The notes beneath the pieces were generated by a model. It had not been told where the DNA came from, searched no databases, and saw only the letters and a program-made list of their open reading frames with translations. Shown piece after piece: positions 19,655-29,195 of a stretch of 64,000 nt of DNA. Position 1 is the first letter of the stretch. Every line of letters starts with the position of its first letter. Made by a program: the position numbers and the translations under genes. The DNA is taken from contig CAZWHC010000013.1 in NCBI GenBank assembly GCA_964633505.1, positions 11,685 through 75,684 of the forward strand, read 5' to 3'. The DNA is from an uncultured Rikenellaceae bacterium (GTDB lineage Bacteria; Bacteroidota; Bacteroidia; Bacteroidales; VadinHA17).

Positions 19655-20479
19655 ATGAATAAGAAGATCTTTTTTGGACTTATCATTCTTGCAGTTGGAG
19701 CATTGGCAAATGCACAGTCGTTCGGCGATATTTACCAGAAATCGATGCCCGATAACAAGAAGATAAATTATCCATACCTTCGCGAGGCTGATGTAATTTG
19801 GTCGAAAAAAATATGGCGCCTGATCGATCTGAGAGAAAAGATCAACCAGCCACTCTATTATCCGACAAAACCAACCCAGGATGGCAGAAAAAGCCTTATA
19901 AGCATACTGCTTGATGAAATCAGGTCGGGACGTGTAAGCGCATTTTCGCCCCTTGATACGAATATGCCTACCACCTATGCCGATATTGAATCAAATATGG
20001 GCGCAGGAACAAAGGTGGAATCAATACAGCTCGACGCCGAGGGAAATACAAGGGACTCCACAATAGTAATGTCGGCCAAACCCGAAGAAGTAAAGCAGTT
20101 CCTTATCTATGAGGAATGGTTCTTCGATAAGAAACTTTCGCGACTCGATGTAAGGATCATAGGAATACAGCCATTCTGGATGGGATATGACCAGCAGATG
20201 GGCAGGGCCCTTAGAAAACCTCTCTTCTGGATCAAATTTGATGACGTGCGCGATGCCCTCGCAAAGAATGAAGTATACCTGGCCAGCAATGATGCTCAGA
20301 GAATATCATTTGATGATCTTTTCATGCAGAGAAAATTCGGAAGCACGATCTGGGGTGAATCAAATGTCTATGACGATCGTATGATAGCAGATTATACCGT
20401 TGGTAAATATACTCTCTACGAAGCTGAAAAGATCAAGAGCGAGCTTTTCAACATGGAACATGACCTCTGGGAATATTAA
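19655..20479 (+). CDS. gldN: Gliding motility / T9SS protein GldN (PorN)
   Basis: 274 aa with a signal peptide. It is the last gene of the porPKLMN order. Confidence 0.88.
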   Translation: MNKKIFFGLIILAVGALANAQSFGDIYQKSMPDNKKINYPYLREADVIWSKKIWRLIDLREKINQPLYYPTKPTQDGRKSLISILLDEIRSGRVSAFSPLDTNMPTTYADIESNMGAGTKVESIQLDAEGNTRDSTIVMSAKPEEVKQFLIYEEWFFDKKLSRLDVRIIGIQPFWMGYDQQMGRALRKPLFWIKFDDVRDALAKNEVYLASNDAQRISFDDLFMQRKFGSTIWGESNVYDDRMIADYTVGKYTLYEAEKIKSELFNMEHDLWEY

Positions 20480-20526
20480 CAGATAACTTATAACAGGAAC
20501 AGTCTGTAAAGAAAAGTCTTTATCTT

Positions 20527-20571
20527 AACCGCAAAGCAAGCCACCTGAGCGAACTTTGCGGTTATTTTTTT
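20527..20571 (+). terminator. Intrinsic terminator after gldN
   Basis: 10-bp stem aaccgcaaag/ctttgcggtt followed by attttttt. Confidence 0.75.
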
Positions 20572-20576
20572 GAAGT

Positions 20577-21662
20577 TTACTGGAACTTATCGCCTGTAGT
20601 GTTCCTGACGTCCTCGAGGTAATTTTTTATATTCTGTTCTTCCTCCTTTTTAACAATAAGGATGACGTCGTCTGAATCAACTACAATATAATCTTTCAAA
20701 CCCTGCACAACGGCTATCTTTCCAGGAGCTATATTGAATATATTCCCTTTGCAGTCGTATGAGAAGATCTCACCCCTGACCCTTGAGTTTCCCTTTGAGT
20801 CAGGCGCCGAATGCTCATGAAGGGAGCTCCATGTTCCGAGATCCGACCAGCCGATATCGGTACACATTACATACACATTATCGGCTTTCTCCATAATTCC
20901 GTAGTCGATTGATATATTTCTGCATTCAGCATAGGTCCTGCCTATAAAGCTTGCCTCCTGTTTAGTGCCGTAAAAATCCTTCCCTTCCTCAAATGCAGAG
21001 AACATATCCGGCAGATGTTTCTCAAAAGCCTTCATTATTGCTTTTATGTTCCAGATAAAAATACCGGCATTCCAGAAAAAATCGCCGCTTTCGAGAAAGA
21101 CCTTTGCAAGTTCAATATCCGGTTTTTCGGTAAAAGTTTTCACTTTCAACAGATTTTCAAAACCGCTTACTTTCTTTTTCCTGTCCGACTGTATGTATCC
21201 ATAGCCGGTCTCGGGCCTGTCGGGTTTTATCCCAAGAGTCAGAAGGGCATCATTCTTCGAGGCAAATTCAAAACACTGCTTTATTACATCAGTGAACTTT
21301 TCTTCTTTTATTATAAGGTGATCGGCAGGCGTCACGGCAATGACGGCATCAGGATTGTCCTTCATGATCCTGAATGTACCATATGCAAGACAAGGGGCCG
21401 TATTACGCCTGAAAGGCTCGGCAAGCACATTTTCGGGATTTATATCGAGCTGACTGATAACAAGGTTCTTATGCAAAGCGCTTGTCACAATGAAAATATT
21501 CTCCTTGCGGCAAATTGTGCTGAATCTCCTGTATGTCTGCTGAATCAATGTCTCTCCGGTACCCAGAATATCAAGGAACTGTTTCGGGCGCTCCAGCCGG
21601 CTCAAAGGCCAGAAACGGCTGCCTACTCCTCCAGCCATTATAATTACATACCTGTTATCCAT
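20577..21662 (-). CDS. manC: Mannose-1-phosphate guanylyltransferase
   Basis: 361 aa with the nucleotidyltransferase motif MAGGVGSRFWPLSR. Confidence 0.88.
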   Translation of the reverse strand: MDNRYVIIMAGGVGSRFWPLSRLERPKQFLDILGTGETLIQQTYRRFSTICRKENIFIVTSALHKNLVISQLDINPENVLAEPFRRNTAPCLAYGTFRIMKDNPDAVIAVTPADHLIIKEEKFTDVIKQCFEFASKNDALLTLGIKPDRPETGYGYIQSDRKKKVSGFENLLKVKTFTEKPDIELAKVFLESGDFFWNAGIFIWNIKAIMKAFEKHLPDMFSAFEEGKDFYGTKQEASFIGRTYAECRNISIDYGIMEKADNVYVMCTDIGWSDLGTWSSLHEHSAPDSKGNSRVRGEIFSYDCKGNIFNIAPGKIAVVQGLKDYIVVDSDDVILIVKKEEEQNIKNYLEDVRNTTGDKFQ

Positions 21663-21691
21663 TTATGCTGTTTTATCAGATTAAAGTAATG

Positions 21692-21699
21692 CAAATATA
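21692..21699 (-). promoter_or_regulatory. Bacteroidetes-type -7 box (TATATTTG on minus strand) for manC
   Basis: Matches TAnnTTTG, 29 nt upstream of the ATG at 21662. Confidence 0.4.
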
Positions 21700-21784
21700 T
21701 AATTTATTTGTCCAAACCCGCTTTGAACATATGTGCAGTAATTAACATAAATATTTGTAATTTTAAGCCCGTTAAAACTCAGGC

Positions 21785-22528
21785 ATGTTAAGATTTTTGA
21801 CCCAGCTGGGTAATTATTTCCTGCTTCTCAAAAAGGTGTTTTCCTTACCTGAAAAGCCTTCGGTCTATTATAAACAGACCATGCATGAAATGGTTTTTCT
21901 CGGGCTTAATTCGGTCGGGATAATAACAATAATCTCATTCTTCATGGGAGCCGTTATTACACTGCAGACAGCATATAACACCGAAAACCCGATCTACCCG
22001 ACATATCTCATCGGACTTGGCTGCCGCGACTCAATACTTCTTGAATTCTCATCCACGATAACTGCCCTTATCCTGGCCGGCAAAGTGGGATCAAATATTG
22101 CTTCAGAAATAGGTACAATGAGAGTCACGGAACAGATCGACGCACTTGAGATAATGGGCGTCAACTCGGCCTCATACCTCATCCTGCCGAAAATAATCGC
22201 AACCCTGCTCTTTAATCCTGTTCTTACCCTTATCAGCATATCAGTTGGTATATTCGGCGGCTGGATCGCCGGAACATCAGCAGGAGTAATAACCTCGCAA
22301 GACTATGTTTATGGCATACAATATGCTTTTATACCCTATTATGTTACATATGCCATCATAAAGACATTGTTCTTTGCATTCATAATTACAAGCGTATCGG
22401 CTTTCCAGGGTTACAATGTCGAGGGAGGATCGCTTGAGGTCGGAAGGGCCAGCACAAAGGCAGTGGTATTCAGCAGTGTGCTCATATTGCTTTTCAATGT
22501 TATCCTAACTCAACTGCTGCTGTCATGA
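21785..22528 (+). CDS. mlaE: MlaE-family ABC transporter permease
   Basis: 247 aa multi-pass permease. A 4-nt ATGA overlap links it to the downstream ATPase. Confidence 0.8.
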   Translation: MLRFLTQLGNYFLLLKKVFSLPEKPSVYYKQTMHEMVFLGLNSVGIITIISFFMGAVITLQTAYNTENPIYPTYLIGLGCRDSILLEFSSTITALILAGKVGSNIASEIGTMRVTEQIDALEIMGVNSASYLILPKIIATLLFNPVLTLISISVGIFGGWIAGTSAGVITSQDYVYGIQYAFIPYYVTYAIIKTLFFAFIITSVSAFQGYNVEGGSLEVGRASTKAVVFSSVLILLFNVILTQLLLS

Positions 22529-23298
22529 TAAGGGTCAGTAATCTGAATAAGGCATTTAACGGGAAATCGGTACTGAGAGATATCTCTGTTACCTTTGAAC
22601 CGGGAAAAACGAATCTTATTATCGGCAGGAGCGGTTCGGGGAAAACTGTTCTCCTTAAATCGATAGTGGGATTACACGATATCGACGACGGAGAAGTATG
22701 GTACGATGATGTTCTGTTCAACAGGCTCGACTTCACAGGCAAGAAGGAAATAAGAAAGGAAATGGGAATGCTTTTTCAGGGAAGCGCCCTGTTCGATTCC
22801 CTTACTGTGGAACAGAATGTCAGATTCCCTCTTGACATGTTCACCGACAAGAGCTATGAAGAAAAGAGAGATCGTGTCGACTTCTGTCTTAAAAGGGTCA
22901 ATATACTTAATGCGAACAACCTTCTGCCTTCCGAATTATCGGGAGGGATGAAAAAGAGGGTGGCCATAGCACGGGCAATAGCACTGAATCCGAAATACCT
23001 GTTCTGTGATGAGCCCAACTCGGGCCTCGATCCGCTGACAGCAATCCTTATCGACGATCTTATAAAAGAGATCACAGAAGAGTATTCCATGACAACAATT
23101 GTCAACACCCATGATATGAATTCGGTGATGAAAATCGGGGAAAAGATAATCTTCCTCAGCGACGGCGTAATATGCTGGGAAGGGAACAATAAGGAGATAC
23201 TCAGTTCCGACAATAAAACGCTGAATGACTTTGTTTTTGCAAATGCCCTTGCCCGCCAGCTCAGGACTACCCTCAGCGGGAATCGCCCCGTAAACTAG
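22525..23298 (+). CDS. mlaF: MlaF-like ABC transporter ATP-binding protein
   Basis: Walker A GRSGSGKTV, signature LSGGMKKRVAIARA and Walker B LFCDEPNSGLD. Confidence 0.8.
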   Translation: MIRVSNLNKAFNGKSVLRDISVTFEPGKTNLIIGRSGSGKTVLLKSIVGLHDIDDGEVWYDDVLFNRLDFTGKKEIRKEMGMLFQGSALFDSLTVEQNVRFPLDMFTDKSYEEKRDRVDFCLKRVNILNANNLLPSELSGGMKKRVAIARAIALNPKYLFCDEPNSGLDPLTAILIDDLIKEITEEYSMTTIVNTHDMNSVMKIGEKIIFLSDGVICWEGNNKEILSSDNKTLNDFVFANALARQLRTTLSGNRPVN

Positions 23299-23477
23299 TC
23301 TACTTCTTCATAATCGACATACTCGCCAACCTCCTTGGAGACACCCTTCTGCTTCGTATTCCTTTCCTTTTCACGTCTCTCCTCCTTTTCTGCCTCGTCA
23401 GCAAAAAAATTAACAAATGATTTGCCTAACAGATAAATAATTGTGGCAACTAAAACGACACGAATAAGCAAAACCAT
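23295..23477 (-). CDS. Small membrane protein, DUF4834-like
   Basis: One N-terminal TM helix, a charged Glu/Lys-rich tract and a C-terminal GEYVDYEEVD. Start moved to the internal ATG (MVLLIRVV...) so it does not overlap the upstream gene. Confidence 0.55.
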   Translation of the reverse strand: MVLLIRVVLVATIIYLLGKSFVNFFADEAEKEERREKERNTKQKGVSKEVGEYVDYEEVD

Positions 23478-23514
23478 TATATCCCAATAATTTAAAGTTA
23501 ATATTTCAATCCAT

Positions 23515-24939
23515 TCATCTCTCCCGCTCCCCGTTACCAAATACAAGATTCAGACCAAACCTTGTCTGTAATGTATTCCAGTTCGAAGGAAGTGCGAAAC
23601 TATCTCCGCTGACCCCGGCCCGCTTCCACGACAAGGGGATCCTGTCGACAAGGAAGTAAAGCTGGAATACCGATAACCTCCCGTAAAGGCCAAGCCCTAT
23701 ATTACTGTAATCGTGGTTGCATGCAGTGTAACAGAGGCTGGCGCCGAATGAATTTTTCAGGTTCACATTTGTTGAAAGGGTGACAGCCTGCCTTAAATGC
23801 ATGCTGGTAATCCTGCTGTACGACAGAAGCCCGAAGGAAAATTTGTCGTTCAGGATATATTTACCTCCCATTATAAATCCGACCGGAAATTTTGTAGTGA
23901 ACCTTTTCTCTTCATCCGCCACAACGAATGCCTGTTTGAGAGAATCGGCAAGACTGCCGGCAAGATCGTCAATGCTCGCCCTGCCTTCCTGAACATCTTT
24001 GAAATCCAACCCGTTAAGGTCGATATCCCCGACAGCCTCAAGATTTGTAAGATCGCTTTTCCATTTGATGAATCCAACATCGGTTATTGCAGCTGAGAGT
24101 ATGATATTGTCGGTAAGTGAATATTCAGCACCCAGGTCAATACCAAAGCCCACATTCTTCATGTTAGCGAAAAATGATCCTCCTTCAATATCCTCGACAT
24201 CAAAATCGGAAATGTTGTTATTCTCATCCTTTACAACACGAACAGGTCCGCTGAAATCGAGCGCCATATTGGCCTCAAGAGTATTACTATTGGCATTGTT
24301 CACTCTCAGGTTCATGCTGTAATTCTGTAAATTTCCGGCAGTTATGCCGAAAAGGACCTTTGCCCTGGCTCCGAACCTGAGCCTGGGTGTAATCTCCCCT
24401 GAAGTACCGAAACCTACTTCCCTGTAGTACTTATATTCCATCTCCATATTCGACAGATCGAATGTCTGCCCTTCAAACTGCTCATTCCCTAAGAATGCCA
24501 GCCTGAAATAATCGCGCGGAAGAACAATGTCGGCATCTGCATTATCTGTTATATCGAGAAAAATATAGAATCCGTTTTTGAGTGTGAGTCCAAGCCCCAG
24601 GAGCTGTACCGATGCCTTTGGTTCAATGTAGTTCAGGTCGTTGATCTTACCAAGGAATCCTTCTGCATCAAAATCAGAACTCAGAAATGCAAGATTGTTT
24701 TTATTTATCTCCATTCCCTTTCTAAAAAGATCTGAAAAACTCAGAAAGTTGTTTGTCACATTAACATTGATCCCTGAAAGGGCGGGCAGCCCCACATATA
24801 TGGAATTAGTTTGCCTCAGTGCAGGGTTCAGAAGATGACTCTGGGGAAGGTTCATAAAATACAGGACCTGGCTGTTCTGAGCCGCGCTGCCGGTAACGAT
24901 AAGAGAAAACAGTAATGCAACAAATAATCTCGGTTTCAT
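23515..24939 (-). CDS. Putative outer-membrane beta-barrel protein (function unknown)
   Basis: 474 aa with signal peptide MKPRLFVALLFSLIVTGSAAQ, alternating beta-strand-like pattern and a terminal strand FGLNLVFG. Confidence 0.6.
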   Translation of the reverse strand: MKPRLFVALLFSLIVTGSAAQNSQVLYFMNLPQSHLLNPALRQTNSIYVGLPALSGINVNVTNNFLSFSDLFRKGMEINKNNLAFLSSDFDAEGFLGKINDLNYIEPKASVQLLGLGLTLKNGFYIFLDITDNADADIVLPRDYFRLAFLGNEQFEGQTFDLSNMEMEYKYYREVGFGTSGEITPRLRFGARAKVLFGITAGNLQNYSMNLRVNNANSNTLEANMALDFSGPVRVVKDENNNISDFDVEDIEGGSFFANMKNVGFGIDLGAEYSLTDNIILSAAITDVGFIKWKSDLTNLEAVGDIDLNGLDFKDVQEGRASIDDLAGSLADSLKQAFVVADEEKRFTTKFPVGFIMGGKYILNDKFSFGLLSYSRITSMHLRQAVTLSTNVNLKNSFGASLCYTACNHDYSNIGLGLYGRLSVFQLYFLVDRIPLSWKRAGVSGDSFALPSNWNTLQTRFGLNLVFGNGERER

Positions 24940-24950
24940 GGCTGTCTGAA

Positions 24951-27701
24951 TTAATTTGGAGCTGTCTCCAGTTTATAATTATATAAGAACCTGTCTGTTC
25001 CTCCGACTATAAGATTCCAGTCGTCAGCAGTCCCGAGCTTGCCTATTGAAAACATTGATGCACCCCTCAGCGGAAATCCTTTCATTATTTCACCCTTGCT
25101 GTCGATAAGATAAATAAGGTTCTTATTGACATCAAAAACGCCAATTTTCCTGTCGTGCGATGAAAAGATGAAATTTATAGGCCCCCCCAGTTTTTCCGAA
25201 CTGAAATCTTTCGAAAACATTTCCTTAAGATTGTTATCGTAAAGATAAAGGTTGCCTTTGTCAATGAAAACATATTCGCCAAATCCGTCGCCATCTACGT
25301 CAAAAAAATCGAAAGAGTGGTCAAAGGAGAACTTCCTGAAGCTGAATTTCCTGACATCCCCGTTGAAAGAAATTGTCTGCAATGTCCCGTCGGGTGATGT
25401 GCATACCAGGGCCGGATCAGATCCCTGGACAAGCCTCAGGGCCGATCCTGCAGCTCTTGTGACTGCATCTCCGGGTCTCATCCTTTCCTTTCCCGAACGG
25501 TCGAGAAAATATATTGAGCTCTCATCTGCAACAACTATGAAATCCTTTCCTGAGACCTTGAAATAACCTGCTTCCGAAACAACGGTACCGGCGGTTCTGA
25601 AAGGCTCCCAGCCTTTCACCACATTGCCTGACTTGTCATATTCATAAACCGACTTATCCTCTCCGGCAATGACAAGTCTGTAGTTTCGGTTATTATCATA
25701 GTCAAAAAGGGCTACAGAGTTTGTTGCCGGCGATCTTAGCCTTACAGGATATCTGTCGACATAGTTACCGTTCCTGTCAATAAGATGAAGGTAGTTTCTG
25801 CCAGAAAACAGAAGCTGGTATTTGCCGTTACGGTAATAGTCGACCATATATACGGTGCCAAAAATTCTTTCCTGAATCGGAGCCTTCCACAAAACCCTTC
25901 CGGCCGTGTTTATAAGATAAATATTGTTCCTGATGTCCTGTATGAATATCTCCTTCGACCCCGTATTGTGATTTGTGAAAAAGAAAGGTTTTATTGCAGC
26001 TGTGGTATCGAGAAGCGTTTCCCATTCTGTGACGGACTGTTCCCTGGCTTCCTCCCTGTAACCAACCGACAGGTTGTTATAGGTCATACCGTTTATGGAT
26101 GCAAGCTGAAAACCAACAGATTCTATCTTATCGAGCGAAGCCCTGTTTTCCTTCAGAGCTTCAACAGTCTTTTTATCAAGAAATTCAGCAAGATATTCGA
26201 GACATCCCGATGGAACACAGTAAAAGAGAAAACCTGTCCTGCTCGGAATTGTCTTTTCAAATTCACGGTAATAAATATCATTTGCAAGGGTCTTGTTAAG
26301 CATATTATCGTAAAGGAACCTTGTAAGTGTTGCAAATGAATTTCCTGTCACAAGATAATTGTCATAAAAAGTAAAACACGAATCAATGAAGCCTGAAGCA
26401 AAACCTGGCATTAGTACTGATCCCAGACCATTGAACCCTTCCGTATAAACAGGGATGCTTGTCTGGTCATCGGGCCGGAAATAACTTATCCGGGGATAAG
26501 CACCAAGATGTTTCAACATTATATTTTCACACTGCATCCGGTTCTTCAGTTCATATATCAGCAGTGAATTCCTGTCTGCAGGATTTCCCCTTATGTCGAT
26601 ATACGCCCTGGTAATCTCATCCCCTATATACTCTGAAAGTTCACCTGCAAGGTTCAATAATTTCAGACCTGACCCCCTTCCGGTCATTCCCGTAATGTTT
26701 CCGGGAACGAATACTGAGGTCTTGAAAAGAGAGGTGGCGGAAGGCAGGATCTTGAAGCTGTGAAATTCAGAAGGCTGCACCCCGCCATAAACCATTGATC
26801 TGGATGATGAATCGGTTATTTCGCTGTATCCGCTTATTGAAAATCCTTTTTCGTTCAGGAAGAAATCCCCTCCGGCACATCCTGACATTTCCCCTATCCG
26901 TGAGCCCGGTGAATTTTCACCATTATCAAAGAATGTTCCGGTGATATCCCTGAGGTTGTCAAAGACGATGAACAGCTTGTCGGCCTTCTTCCCGGCTGAA
27001 AGAAATATCCTTGAAAAACCCGGAAGGTTCCTTATATCCCTGCCTGTGCCTGGTTGCGACAGGGCTCTCGCCAGGATTTCCTCCGAGGTGCTTCCTGTTA
27101 AAAGGCCCGAGGTAATCGTTACAAACAGGGTGTCGTTCCGGTCTGTAACTTTGTATGGAAGAAAAAGGATCCTCTTTCCTGCAGTCCTTTTTTCCATCAG
27201 GCCGGTAAGCCCTGCCGCATTAAATGATTCCTTTAACTGCCTCATGCCTGTCTCCGAGGGAACAGCTTTCGAGAAGAATGGAACAAGGCCTCCCTCTCCG
27301 GAAGGATGAAAAGATATAACGGCACTGCCTTCCAGCATTATCTTTTTATACCCCGGCCTGTTTATCTGATCGGCAATAAACTGAAGACTTGTGCTGAAGC
27401 GTTCAAGCTGTTTAACCTTTTTAAGTTCCCCCGGCAGACCATTTCCCGTTGTCAAAGTATTGATAAGGCTTCTGAGGTCGAATGTTTCAATAACGATTGC
27501 AGCGTCAGTTCCGATTACGCTGTAGGGATCTGTGATCATATCCTTTCTGTTCCTGCTCAGAAAATAACCCAGCAGGATGACACCTGTAAAAAGAATAAGG
27601 ACCGATACTATTGCCTTACGACTTATCACTAAAAATAACTTACTGTTGCTTATGCCAAATTTAAGAAAAAGAGGTGAAAATTCTGGCACGTATTTTGTCA
27701 C
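24951..27701 (-). CDS. Large membrane-anchored hypothetical protein with C-terminal beta-propeller-like repeats
   Basis: 916 aa with an N-terminal TM (AIVSVLILFTGVILLGYFL). The C-terminal third has repeated NGxY...D/FG-GAP-like units (DVDGDGFGEYVF, IDRNGNYV, YDKSGNVV, LDRSGKE, IDSKGEI). Confidence 0.65.
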   Translation of the reverse strand: MTKYVPEFSPLFLKFGISNSKLFLVISRKAIVSVLILFTGVILLGYFLSRNRKDMITDPYSVIGTDAAIVIETFDLRSLINTLTTGNGLPGELKKVKQLERFSTSLQFIADQINRPGYKKIMLEGSAVISFHPSGEGGLVPFFSKAVPSETGMRQLKESFNAAGLTGLMEKRTAGKRILFLPYKVTDRNDTLFVTITSGLLTGSTSEEILARALSQPGTGRDIRNLPGFSRIFLSAGKKADKLFIVFDNLRDITGTFFDNGENSPGSRIGEMSGCAGGDFFLNEKGFSISGYSEITDSSSRSMVYGGVQPSEFHSFKILPSATSLFKTSVFVPGNITGMTGRGSGLKLLNLAGELSEYIGDEITRAYIDIRGNPADRNSLLIYELKNRMQCENIMLKHLGAYPRISYFRPDDQTSIPVYTEGFNGLGSVLMPGFASGFIDSCFTFYDNYLVTGNSFATLTRFLYDNMLNKTLANDIYYREFEKTIPSRTGFLFYCVPSGCLEYLAEFLDKKTVEALKENRASLDKIESVGFQLASINGMTYNNLSVGYREEAREQSVTEWETLLDTTAAIKPFFFTNHNTGSKEIFIQDIRNNIYLINTAGRVLWKAPIQERIFGTVYMVDYYRNGKYQLLFSGRNYLHLIDRNGNYVDRYPVRLRSPATNSVALFDYDNNRNYRLVIAGEDKSVYEYDKSGNVVKGWEPFRTAGTVVSEAGYFKVSGKDFIVVADESSIYFLDRSGKERMRPGDAVTRAAGSALRLVQGSDPALVCTSPDGTLQTISFNGDVRKFSFRKFSFDHSFDFFDVDGDGFGEYVFIDKGNLYLYDNNLKEMFSKDFSSEKLGGPINFIFSSHDRKIGVFDVNKNLIYLIDSKGEIMKGFPLRGASMFSIGKLGTADDWNLIVGGTDRFLYNYKLETAPN

Positions 27702-27749
27702 TGGTTAATTACACAGGCAATCTCAAACATATACTTGATCCTTCAAGTC

Positions 27750-27780
27750 AGCCAGGTCAAAAGCCTGGCTTTCATTTTTT
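27750..27780. terminator. Hairpin between trpS stop and downstream gene (orientation ambiguous)
   Basis: agccagg-tcaaaag-cctggct. The T-run (ttcatttttt) lies on the plus strand, although both flanking genes are on the minus strand. Confidence 0.35.
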
Positions 27781-27781
27781 A

Positions 27782-28771
27782 TCAGAAAGTCCTGTATCCG
27801 ATTATTTCCCTCACTTCCCTTACTGTAAGCGAAGCGCTTTCCCTGGCTTTTTCACCACCTTCCCTTACAACTTTGGCCAGATACTGATTGTCAGCAAGTA
27901 TATCTATAATTCTTTCCCTTATCGGATCGGTCACTTTTATAATATCCTCTGCAAGTTGCTTTTTCAGATCGCCGTAACGGATCTCACATGAAGCATGCTT
28001 TTCTGTGAAATAATTAACAGTGGAATTATCCGAGACGACCTTCATTATGGTGAAAAGATTTTTTACGGGTTCAGAAGGCTCCTGTCCTTTTTCTGAAGGG
28101 CCGGCATCGGTTACGGCGCCCATAACCTTTTTCCTTATCACAGCAGGCGAATCGGCAAGGAATATCCCGTTACCTTCGCTTTTCCCCATCTTGCCGGTAC
28201 CGTCGAGACCGGGTATTTTGATAAGCTCATTGCCAAAATTGTACGCGTCGGGCTCGGGGAAGTAATTCACTTCATAAATAGTATTGAACCGCCGTGCAAA
28301 CCTCCTGGTCATCTCAAGATGCTGCTCCTGATCCTTGCCGACAGGAACTTTGTTTGCCTTGTGAATGATTATATCGGCAGCCATAAGAACAGGATATGTA
28401 AGAAGCCCGGCATTTATATTATCGGGATGTTTCCTTATCTTTTCCTTGAACGAAGCAGTCCTCTCAAGTTCACCCACATATGCATTCATATTGAGTAGAA
28501 GATAAAGCTCACTTACTTCCGGAACATCGCTTTGAATAAATACTGTTGCCGATTCCGGATCAATGCCGCAGGCAAGATATTCCGCGAGCACCTGCTTTAT
28601 GTTTCCATGAAGGTCATCGGGATGAGGATGAGTTGTAAGTGCATGATAATCTGCAATAAAGAAAAAACATTTGTTTTCCTTCTGCATTTTAAGGAAATTC
28701 TTTACAGCTCCGAAATAGTTTCCCAGATGCAGATTTCCCGTCGACCTTATCCCGCTCACAACAGTATCCAT
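27782..28771 (-). CDS. trpS: Tryptophan--tRNA ligase
   Basis: TGNLHLGNY (HIGH-like) and KMGKS (KMSKS). Start moved to the ATG at 28771 (MDTVVSGIRSTG) because the track start at 28798 lies inside the predicted -7 box. Confidence 0.95.
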   Translation of the reverse strand: MDTVVSGIRSTGNLHLGNYFGAVKNFLKMQKENKCFFFIADYHALTTHPHPDDLHGNIKQVLAEYLACGIDPESATVFIQSDVPEVSELYLLLNMNAYVGELERTASFKEKIRKHPDNINAGLLTYPVLMAADIIIHKANKVPVGKDQEQHLEMTRRFARRFNTIYEVNYFPEPDAYNFGNELIKIPGLDGTGKMGKSEGNGIFLADSPAVIRKKVMGAVTDAGPSEKGQEPSEPVKNLFTIMKVVSDNSTVNYFTEKHASCEIRYGDLKKQLAEDIIKVTDPIRERIIDILADNQYLAKVVREGGEKARESASLTVREVREIIGYRTF

Positions 28772-28795
28772 AGTAATCCTCAATAAAATTTCACG

Positions 28796-28803
28796 CAAAA
28801 TTA
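28796..28803 (-). promoter_or_regulatory. Bacteroidetes-type -7 box (TAATTTTG on minus strand) for trpS
   Basis: Matches TAnnTTTG, 24 nt upstream of the ATG at 28771. Confidence 0.45.
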
Positions 28804-28822
28804 AATCTTTTTCTGAAAATAG

Positions 28823-28830
28823 TACCTTTG
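28823..28830 (+). promoter_or_regulatory. Bacteroidetes-type -7 box (TACCTTTG) for rbfA
   Basis: Matches TAnnTTTG, 22 nt upstream of the ATG at 28853. Confidence 0.45.
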
Positions 28831-28852
28831 CCAGATCACAATACCAAAGGCC

Positions 28853-29191
28853 ATGGAATCAACGCGACAGAAAAAAGTATCCCGGCTCATTCAGAAGGAG
28901 ATGGCCGACATCTTTCTTAAAAAAGCCGGTGAATTTGCACACGGAAAAATGATTTCGGTGACTAAGGTAAGGATAAGTCCCGATCTTTCGTTCGCAAAGG
29001 TTTACCTGAGCATATATCCTTCGGCAGGGCAGGATGAGATCCTGAAGGAAATTCAGGAACATGCCCCGAAGATCAGGTTCGAAATGGGCCAGAAGGTAAG
29101 AAGACAACTCAGGATAGTTCCTGAGATTGCCTTTTTCATTGACGACAGCCTCGATTATATTGACAATATCGACAGGCTCCTGAAAAAGTGA
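28853..29191 (+). CDS. rbfA: Ribosome-binding factor A
   Basis: 112 aa: RQKKVSRLIQKEMADIF... and ...VPEIAFFIDDS, typical of RbfA. Confidence 0.9.
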   Translation: MESTRQKKVSRLIQKEMADIFLKKAGEFAHGKMISVTKVRISPDLSFAKVYLSIYPSAGQDEILKEIQEHAPKIRFEMGQKVRRQLRIVPEIAFFIDDSLDYIDNIDRLLKK

Positions 29192-29195
29192 ACCT

